A stretch of DNA of 13,620 bases. Origin: Oligoflexus sp. Its GTDB lineage: Bacteria; Bdellovibrionota_B; Oligoflexia; Oligoflexales; Oligoflexaceae. Shown piece after piece: positions 7,614-13,620 of the stretch. The notes beneath the pieces were generated by a model, which worked only from the letters and a program-made list of their open reading frames with translations, was not told the origin of the DNA and did no database searches. Each line of letters begins with the position of its first letter. The stretch's first letter is position 1. The stretch covers positions 1 through 13,620 of the forward strand of contig JBGSTX010000037.1 in the NCBI GenBank assembly GCA_041736305.1. Reading direction: 5' to 3'. A program made the translations under genes and the position numbers.

Positions 7614-8504
7614 TCATTCCACGAAAAATACGCTCTGAGATTGACCATTGGCAGGCTGCCCCGTTGTGAGATCCAGCCCGAGCTTTTTGAAAAATTCGGA
7701 ACACTCGCTATCGGCTTTCTCGGACATGCAGCCTGGTGTGTCTTTAACATCGGAAGCCAAATCAAGTCCTTCCACGAGTTTTGCAAAGTCAAACACTATG
7801 GTGTCACGCTGAGGTTCGAAGTTATCCAGTTCCACATAGGGACGATTATCACGGGCACAGCTCACAGTTTGACCCAGTTCGGCTTCCCCACTACAATGGG
7901 TGCTGCCGAGGTGAAAATTATAAACCGTGGCGGAAAAATCGGGGTCGGACGGTCGGGTGATGCCGCCTTCAGGCGCAATATCCAGGCGCATGAATTTGTA
8001 GCCACCTTGCCAGGACCAATAGAGGCTCGGTGTGTTCAAAGGCCCCTGGGCCTGGGCTATATCGATATGATTCATATCGGGAGGAACGCCGATACGAAAG
8101 CGCAGGCCTTGGATAGCCGCTCGACTGCTGATGGTTCCGCTCGCTTCGGTATGCGTGGACTTGACTTCACCTTCGCAGTTGTCCGCACGATCCTGAAAGT
8201 CGACGAGCGCCAGCCTTGTATTTTGCCATTCATTGCTGTCGAAACTCAGACTCTCGCTTTGTCCATCGGCTGTTATCACTTCAACGTCGCTGACGAAGAA
8301 GCGAAAATCCTTCAAACGTGCGGTAGACTTGGAAAGGCCAAGATCGGCCAGCCGAGCGTCACAGTTTATAGCTGTGCTGCCTGCCCGGGCGGCGAACGAT
8401 AGCCGCAGGCTCTGGGCTGTGATTGTCTTGCTGCTGTCTCCTCCACAGCTGACCGCTCCGGCGAGAAGGCAAGGCGCAAGGAAAATGCTGGCCGATGTTC
8501 GCAT
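7614..8504 (-). CDS. mbnP: MbnP family copper-binding lipoprotein (copy 1)
   Basis: Lipobox AVSC, DFRFFVSDV, WQ....ALVDF, GLRFRIGVP..MNH, PLN...YWSWQGGYKFMRLD (WxW), FHLGSTHC, GCMS. Directly upstream of mbnH. Confidence 0.9.
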   Translation of the reverse strand: MRTSASIFLAPCLLAGAVSCGGDSSKTITAQSLRLSFAARAGSTAINCDARLADLGLSKSTARLKDFRFFVSDVEVITADGQSESLSFDSNEWQNTRLALVDFQDRADNCEGEVKSTHTEASGTISSRAAIQGLRFRIGVPPDMNHIDIAQAQGPLNTPSLYWSWQGGYKFMRLDIAPEGGITRPSDPDFSATVYNFHLGSTHCSGEAELGQTVSCARDNRPYVELDNFEPQRDTIVFDFAKLVEGLDLASDVKDTPGCMSEKADSECSEFFKKLGLDLTTGQPANGQSQSVFFVE

Positions 8505-8515
8505 GGATAGTCTCC

Positions 8516-9167
8516 TTAGATTTCCGACGCACTGAGTTTAAGATTCTTCTGCTCGGCTACGATTTTTTGCAGATCGGCCGCCAGCAGTCCAGGGGCCAAA
8601 GGCGGATCATAGACGGCTCGCCATTGACCCGCGGGGTCGACCAGGAAAATTTTGGGGGAATGAGCCATCATGTAAATGTCCACGTTATGAGGGTCCTGCT
8701 GCTCTTTGGCAAAGCCAACGTGGAAGCCGGAGGCGAAAGCCTTGACCTGATCGACTGTCCCTGTCACGCCGCGGATCGCAGGGTGATAATTGCGAACGAA
8801 GTCCGCAAGCTTGCTGGGCTCATCGTGCTCGGGATCGACGGTGATCATGACGAACTGAAGCGCGCTGAGATCGCTGGGCGTGAGGCGGGCCATCTCGCTT
8901 TTGAAGTAGCCCATCACCATGGGGCAGACTGTGGTGCAGCGGGTAAATCCGAAGAAGACCAGGGACCATTTCCCTTGCCATGACTCCTTGGTGAAAGGCT
9001 GCCCGTTGGCATCCGTAAGGGCAAAGTCGGGGAGCTTTCTTTTGAGCCTTGCCCAGTTCCTCGCCTTTGATATCCAGACGCTCGACCTGTGGCTCGAGCC
9101 GTTGGATGATAGAGAATATGACGACGAGACTGAAGACAAGTATAAATGGCCACTTCAATTGCTTCAT
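8516..9167 (-). pseudogene. sco: SCO/SenC copper chaperone split by a single-base frameshift near 9036-9043 (or a sequence error)
   Basis: The N-terminal membrane anchor MKQLKWPFILVFSLVVIFSII...KAQK (ATG 9167, AAGGT SD) is in one frame. LPDFALTD...GFTRCTTVCP (CxxxC)...TVDPEHD...MAHS is in the +1 frame. Confidence 0.85.
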
Positions 9168-9284
9168 TATGCAACCTTATTCGAAGGTATGGACAGAGGA
9201 TCGCCCACGACTGCTTATACGTCGATGGACATGAGATGCACCCAAGCCTATGGATTCTGTTTATGGAAAAAAATGAGGAGGCGT

Positions 9285-9656
9285 TCAGACTCGAGGCGGG
9301 GGAGCTTCGACTTCAAGAATGTTGCTGGCCATGACCGTGAGTGAGGGAAAGACGAGGACCCGCTCCGACGTCGGTACGAAGCGATAGTCGCGTTCCGTGA
9401 CGACGTCCGGAAGAGTAAAGACGAGGCAGCTGAGGAGATGGCATTGGCAGAGACCGGCTTCCATCAACTGGGCACCTTTGTCAGCTGGCTTTGACGCAGA
9501 CTGATGGCAGGACATCTCCACTTTGGCAAGCTTGTCTGGCGTATCTTGCAGGCTGCTCCAGACCTCTTTCACAAAGCCACAACGGGGGACCGATGCCAGC
9601 ATGAGGTTTCCGCTCAGCAGGAAAATGCCAAGAAAGAGCATTAGTTTTCTGAACAT
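9285..9656 (-). CDS. Small Cys leader protein with C-terminal PPPR (paralog 2), first gene of the sco-mbnPH operon
   Basis: MFRKLMLFLGIFLLSGNLMLASVPRCG, MSCH, LCQC and VEAPPPRV*. Start could be 9656 or 9668. Confidence 0.8.
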   Translation of the reverse strand: MFRKLMLFLGIFLLSGNLMLASVPRCGFVKEVWSSLQDTPDKLAKVEMSCHQSASKPADKGAQLMEAGLCQCHLLSCLVFTLPDVVTERDYRFVPTSERVLVFPSLTVMASNILEVEAPPPRV

Positions 9657-9700
9657 AGTTCTCAACACGGATACCGAGTCCTCTCGTGGCTAACGGCGTG

Positions 9701-9729
9701 AGGCTAGCAAAACATTTTAGAGTTTACAA
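9701..9729 (-). promoter_or_regulatory. Candidate sigma70-type promoter for the leftward operon
   Basis: Minus strand reads TTGTAA-17 nt-TAGCCT with TG-n immediately before the -10 (extended -10). Confidence 0.45.
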
Positions 9730-9751
9730 GACGCTTACTTCGATCACATCA

Positions 9752-9780
9752 TTGTATCAGCGCACGAGTTCTGCTAAGCT
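9752..9780 (+). promoter_or_regulatory. Candidate sigma70-type promoter for the rightward operon
   Basis: TTGTAT-17 nt-TAAGCT with TG-n extended -10; mirrors the leftward candidate. Confidence 0.5.
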
Positions 9781-9842
9781 CCGAGCGTTTACTTCAGGAG
9801 TCGACGATTTTGTTTTTGCTTTCGTGCAGCCATGTCAAAACT

Positions 9843-10133
9843 ATGAGCAGTCGTATGGGATTACTGCTGCTGGCCTGCAATCTTTTTGTCTGCTCCATTC
9901 CCCGCTGTGATTTTCTGCGCGCACTTGTGCAGGATACCAAGGACACGTTGCTTGCTGATCAAGATGACCAGAATTCGATGCATCACTGCCATGAGAGTCC
10001 CACATCGGACTCGCGAGATGCGACGCAGCTCAGCGAGCCCAGGCTCTGCAAATGCGAGCTTCTGAGTTTCGTAAGCACTTTGCCACCGGGACCTATACGA
10101 TGTGCAAATTCTGTGAGGTCTTGCGCTCTTTGA
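9843..10133 (+). CDS. Leader-family paralog 3, lacking the PPPR tail (possibly truncated)
   Basis: NLFVCSIPRCD, MHHCH and LCKCELLS align with the other paralogs. The ORF stops 25 aa after CxC, and the alternative frames give no PPPR tail at the expected distance. Confidence 0.7.
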   Translation: MSSRMGLLLLACNLFVCSIPRCDFLRALVQDTKDTLLADQDDQNSMHHCHESPTSDSRDATQLSEPRLCKCELLSFVSTLPPGPIRCANSVRSCAL

Positions 10134-10510
10134 ATATTTTGCTGCGAGTCGAACATTATTTTAATCGCCTGGCCATCCTTGTGTTGGTCATAAACATCTG
10201 CGTGGTATCCATCCCACGCTGTGATAGCGTCTTCGCAAGTCTTAAACATCAGCTCCTTCATGAGGATGGTCGCACGGCTCTGGATTGCGGCCAGGCTGTT
10301 TCCCCGATTCACAAGGGGGAGACTATTCAGAATGCTTCGCTCTGCCGCTGCTCTATTTTGAAGTTTCTATATTTTACCGATAGCGCACTCAGGATGGATC
10401 GCTTTATCGTCTTCGATAGGCGCTTGCTTCTGCTCATTGAATTCATCGAACCTTTGCGCCTTCTGTCGCAGACCATTCAGCCTGACCCGCCTCCTCCACG
10501 ACAGATATAG
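10130..10510 (+). CDS. Small Cys leader protein with C-terminal PPPR (paralog 4)
   Basis: INICVVSIPRCD, LDC, LCRC and PDPPPPRQI*. Start uncertain: TTG 10130 overlaps the paralog 3 stop (TTGA) and has GAGGT upstream; ATG 10100 is an alternative. Confidence 0.75.
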   Translation: MNILLRVEHYFNRLAILVLVINICVVSIPRCDSVFASLKHQLLHEDGRTALDCGQAVSPIHKGETIQNASLCRCSILKFLYFTDSALRMDRFIVFDRRLLLLIEFIEPLRLLSQTIQPDPPPPRQI

Positions 10511-10611
10511 ACGGACCGACGTTTCACCATGAGTCCTGATGCGCAAAAGTCAGATGAGGGCCTCCTTGCGCCCGCTTGTTCCTACATTCTGTCAAGAAAG
10601 GTAAACTGCTC

Positions 10612-11997
10612 GTGGATTTTCCAATCTTCCACTTGGATTTTCTGAACAATAGATTCCTGATAGGCATTATCGCTGTCCTCCATGTTCTCATCAATCATCC
10701 GCTGGCTGTTGGGGGTATTCCTCTGGTTGCGCTTTTGGAATGGAAAGGCACCAAAGCTCCTGAAGGCCAATCGAAACTCTGGGACGATCTGGCTTTTCGC
10801 ATCCTCTTCGTCTTCTTCATTGTGACCACAACGGTTGGGGCCATGACGGGGGTGGGGATTTGGCTGTCGGCCTCGCTGGTGAATCCCACCGCCATTGGAA
10901 GTCTGATCCGGGTATTTTTCTGGGCCTGGTTTGTCGAGTGGATAGTTTTCGTAACCGAGGTGGTCCTGATTCTCTATTACTTTCTTTCATGGCACAAACG
11001 ATCCCAGGATAAGCGCAAACATGTCCGCCTCGGATTCATACTGGCCTTCGCTTCCTGGGTTACGATGGCTATTATCACGGCCATACTCGCTTTCATGATG
11101 GATCCTGGAAACTGGCAGACAGATCGCTCCCTTTTACAAGGATTCCTGAATCCTTTGTATCTGCCTCAGCTGCTCTTCCGCACACCTTTGGCTATGGTCA
11201 TGGGCGGAGCTGCGGGTTTGTTTCTTTTGCCATTTTTCACCAAAGGCAAGGAGCAGCTCCGGCAACAGGCTGGACGTACCATTGGGAAGTGGATGCTGGC
11301 CTGGTTGCCTGTGCTCGGGGCTGCCAGCGTCTGGTATTACCTGGCTGTACCTGATGCCATGAAGGCTAATCTTTCGGTTGCCAACACAACGCAGGAGTTC
11401 ACGAATTGGTATGAAGGTTTGGTTTATTTGATGATTACGGCGATTGCTGTGGTGACGGCAGTGGCGTCTGCGGCTTCCCTGGGGCGCCTCAAATCCAGCA
11501 GTTTCTTGAGCATGGTGCCCTTTGTGATCCTGCTCATGCTTTTGAGTCACTTTGAGCGCGTTCGTGAGTTCATAAGGAAACCCTATGCGATTGGACAGTA
11601 TCTTTATTCCAACGGTCTGAGGGCCGCTGACTATCCTCTTTTCAAGCAGGATGGTCTTTTAAAGCATGCTGCCTATTCAAGTATCAAAGAGATTACGGCT
11701 GACAATCGTCTGCAGGCCGGCCGCGAAATCTTTGTCATCGCCTGCTCGCGCTGCCATACTCTGAACGGCATCAATAATGTTCGCAATAACCTTCTGAAAA
11801 TGTATGGAGAGCCACCCTATTTCGTCGAGAATCTGCGCAAGTTCATGGGTGTCATGCACACGGCCCGAGGCTATATGCCTCCATTTCCAGGCAATGAATC
11901 GGACGCCGACGCTTTAGCTCGTTACCTGATTTATGTCAGCGAGAATGAAGATGTCATTCCTGGATCTCAGACCACCGGCTTGCGACTTACACGCTGA
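10612..11997 (+). CDS. Cytochrome bd oxidase subunit I (CydA)-like membrane protein fused to a C-terminal cytochrome c
   Basis: GTG 10612 after an AAGAAAGG SD. Multiple TM helices with CydA-like segments IAVLHVLI, VGAMTGVGIW, VEWIVFVTE, FMMDPG, FLNP and REFIRKPYAI. CSRCH heme motif and a YMPPF Met ligand candidate. Confidence 0.8.
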   Translation: MDFPIFHLDFLNNRFLIGIIAVLHVLINHPLAVGGIPLVALLEWKGTKAPEGQSKLWDDLAFRILFVFFIVTTTVGAMTGVGIWLSASLVNPTAIGSLIRVFFWAWFVEWIVFVTEVVLILYYFLSWHKRSQDKRKHVRLGFILAFASWVTMAIITAILAFMMDPGNWQTDRSLLQGFLNPLYLPQLLFRTPLAMVMGGAAGLFLLPFFTKGKEQLRQQAGRTIGKWMLAWLPVLGAASVWYYLAVPDAMKANLSVANTTQEFTNWYEGLVYLMITAIAVVTAVASAASLGRLKSSSFLSMVPFVILLMLLSHFERVREFIRKPYAIGQYLYSNGLRAADYPLFKQDGLLKHAAYSSIKEITADNRLQAGREIFVIACSRCHTLNGINNVRNNLLKMYGEPPYFVENLRKFMGVMHTARGYMPPFPGNESDADALARYLIYVSENEDVIPGSQTTGLRLTR

Positions 11998-12008
11998 AAG
12001 GAAAAGCC

Positions 12009-13325
12009 ATGTCAACTCCTGCGAACGGGCCCATGCCCCATGATATCCCTTTGCCTTTGCCTGCTCCCGAATGGCTATTGGTATCGCTATTGGTCTTCTC
12101 TTTTCTGGTTCACTTGCTTTTCGTCAATCTGATGGTGGGAGGGTCGCTCCTGACCCTTGCTTTTGAGTGGGTCGGATTGAAACGCAAAGATTTTGATAAA
12201 CTGGCTCATGAGATCGCCCGCACCGTAACGGTTAACAAGAGTCTGGCTGTGGTTATGGGTGTGGCTCCTTTGCTGCTGATCAATACACTCTATACAGTTT
12301 ATTTCTATACAGCGAATGCCCTTACCGGTCTTGCATGGATCATGATCGTTCCCCTGGTCGCGACAGCCTTTCTACTGACCTATCTCCACAAGTACAGTTG
12401 GGAAAGACTCAGCGAGCATAAGCTGCTGCACCTGGCGATCGCCGTTGCTGCCTCGCTTATTTTTCTGTCCATACCCCTTGTGTTTCTGGTGAATATCAAC
12501 CTGATGCTGTTTCCGGATCGATGGCGGGATGTTGAAGGCTTTGTGAGTGCACTGATGCTGCCGAATGTCTGGCCGCGGTATCTGCATTTTCTGTCTGCCT
12601 GCTTTGCCGTGACTTCACTCTTTCTTGTGTTTTACTTCAGGCGTGCTAGCTATCCTTGGGATTCAAATTTCAAGGATCTGCGGCGCAGCGAGGCTCTTAG
12701 GATTTTCTACAGCATCACTTTGATCAGCAGCTGTGCTCAGTTCATCATCGGCCCCATGGTCTTCGTCACACTTCCGGCTCAGGGCGTCTCATGGACTATG
12801 AATGTGATTCTTGGTCTTGGGATAGTGTGTGCGCTTCCCGCCCTTTACTGGACCTGGCAGGAAATTGCGGACAGCAGCGAGCAGCGTGGTGAGCGGGCTG
12901 TGAAAATTGCTTTGATGCTGAGCCTGACCGTTATCTGCATGGTCTCGGCTCGGCACGTCTATCGTTCGAAATCTCTGAACGCACACCAACAGAAGATGGC
13001 GGAGCATACTGAAGCCTATGGACAGGCGGTGCTTGACGCGCAAAAAGCTGCCAGGCGCGAGAGCTTAAAGCAGGGCCAGGGCGATCCAGGAGAAAGGGTC
13101 TTCAAGAGCTACTGCACGGCCTGTCACGCTTATGGGAACCGATTGGTCGGTCCTCCTGTGACCGAAATACAAGCTTTGTATCAAGGTCGGCCTGAAGGCA
13201 TTGCTCAGTGGGCAAAAGCGCCGGGCAAGAAGCGAGCTGATTACCCACCCATGCCCGCAATTCCCATAAGTGAAAAAGAACTGCTGGAGGTGGGCGAATA
13301 TATGCTCAAGATGAAAGGCGACTGA
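12009..13325 (+). CDS. Second CydA-homologous membrane subunit fused to a C-terminal cytochrome c
   Basis: AAGGA SD. VHLLFVNLMVGG, VVMGVAPLL, PRYLHF, about 8 hydrophobic segments, then CTACH, VGPP and PPMP. Confidence 0.78.
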   Translation: MSTPANGPMPHDIPLPLPAPEWLLVSLLVFSFLVHLLFVNLMVGGSLLTLAFEWVGLKRKDFDKLAHEIARTVTVNKSLAVVMGVAPLLLINTLYTVYFYTANALTGLAWIMIVPLVATAFLLTYLHKYSWERLSEHKLLHLAIAVAASLIFLSIPLVFLVNINLMLFPDRWRDVEGFVSALMLPNVWPRYLHFLSACFAVTSLFLVFYFRRASYPWDSNFKDLRRSEALRIFYSITLISSCAQFIIGPMVFVTLPAQGVSWTMNVILGLGIVCALPALYWTWQEIADSSEQRGERAVKIALMLSLTVICMVSARHVYRSKSLNAHQQKMAEHTEAYGQAVLDAQKAARRESLKQGQGDPGERVFKSYCTACHAYGNRLVGPPVTEIQALYQGRPEGIAQWAKAPGKKRADYPPMPAIPISEKELLEVGEYMLKMKGD

Positions 13326-13396
13326 AGACCATGTTGCAGGGACGTGCTCTCTATCCAACACCCGTGCTGGGTCAGTAAATTAAAGGGCAAGTCCAG

Positions 13397-13433
13397 GCAC
13401 GAGGCCGCTCGGCTGTCGCGGGCGGCCTTGTGC
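13397..13433. terminator. GC-rich stem-loop downstream of the cytochrome pair
   Basis: 15-bp stem GCACGAGGCCGCTCG / CGGGCGGCCTTGTGC with two G-U pairs and a 7-nt loop. No clear U-tract. Confidence 0.45.
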
Positions 13434-13559
13434 TCTGAGCCTTTGAGAGCTTATTGAGGCATGCTTGCATCGGTTTTTTGTACGTCGTCGAGCAAACATC
13501 CCTAAAAAATTCTTGCAGATTATCCGACTAAGCTTCCATCAACGCATTGGAGGTTTATT

Positions 13560-13620
13560 ATGGATTTGTCTGTACTCAAGAAGAAGCTCAGTGTGTATCG
13601 AGACTCTGAAGGTAGCCTCA
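13560..13620 (+). CDS. 5' end of an ORF running off the window (MDLSVLKKKLSVYRDSEGSL...)
   Basis: Strong GGAGGT SD at 13549-13554, ATG at 13560, frame open to the edge. Confidence 0.65.
   Translation, partial: MDLSVLKKKLSVYRDSEGSL

Noticed and set aside
7601-7792. N-terminal extension of MbnH copy 1 in the ORF track (likewise 1344-1424, 2859-2909, 10576-10611)
   Set aside because: The extensions overlap upstream genes or spacers; downstream starts have SD sequences and, where expected, signal peptides.
4281-8983. Long plus-strand ORFs (4281-5018, 6818-7273, 7569-8402, 8495-8983 and others)
   Set aside because: Antisense shadows of well-supported minus-strand genes, with no motifs of their own.
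9285-10510. Cys-rich small ORFs as methanobactin (MbnA) or other RiPP precursors
   Set aside because: They are too long, have hydrophobic signal-like N-termini, and no MbnB/MbnC or other maturation enzymes are in the window.
1-13620. CRISPR array, tRNA, rRNA or a recognisable riboswitch
   Set aside because: No regularly spaced direct repeats or recognisable RNA-gene signatures seen by eye; an Rfam/Infernal scan of 678-939 and the post-leader spacers would be needed to exclude them.

Overview
Bacterial accessory region centred on metal (probably copper) handling and periplasmic redox. The core is a tightly packed minus-strand operon: SCO (frameshifted), MbnP-like, MbnH-like di-heme, plug-less outer-membrane barrel, a second divergent MbnP-like, a second MbnH-like, and HiPIP. 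No methanobactin precursor or biosynthesis genes are visible. On the right, a divergent plus-strand unit encodes two cytochrome bd subunit-I-like membrane proteins, each fused to a c-type heme domain. On the left, a plus-strand unit encodes a Tat-exported His-motif protein and a His-rich lipoprotein. The most striking observation is that all three units begin with members of one small-protein family (4 paralogs: hydrophobic N-terminus, N-x4-S[VI]PRC, a lone Cys, CxC, C-terminal PPPR). The three complete copies have exactly 46 residues between CxC and PPPR, while the other spacings vary. This architecture resembles, but differs in motif from, the CruR/DUF2946 metal-sensing ribosome-arrest leaders. 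The left edge has a junction between 5'-truncated, divergently oriented purK-like and Fpg/Nei-like fragments. The right edge has a partial ORF that may start an IS element. All family calls rest on motif recognition by eye; no searches were run.
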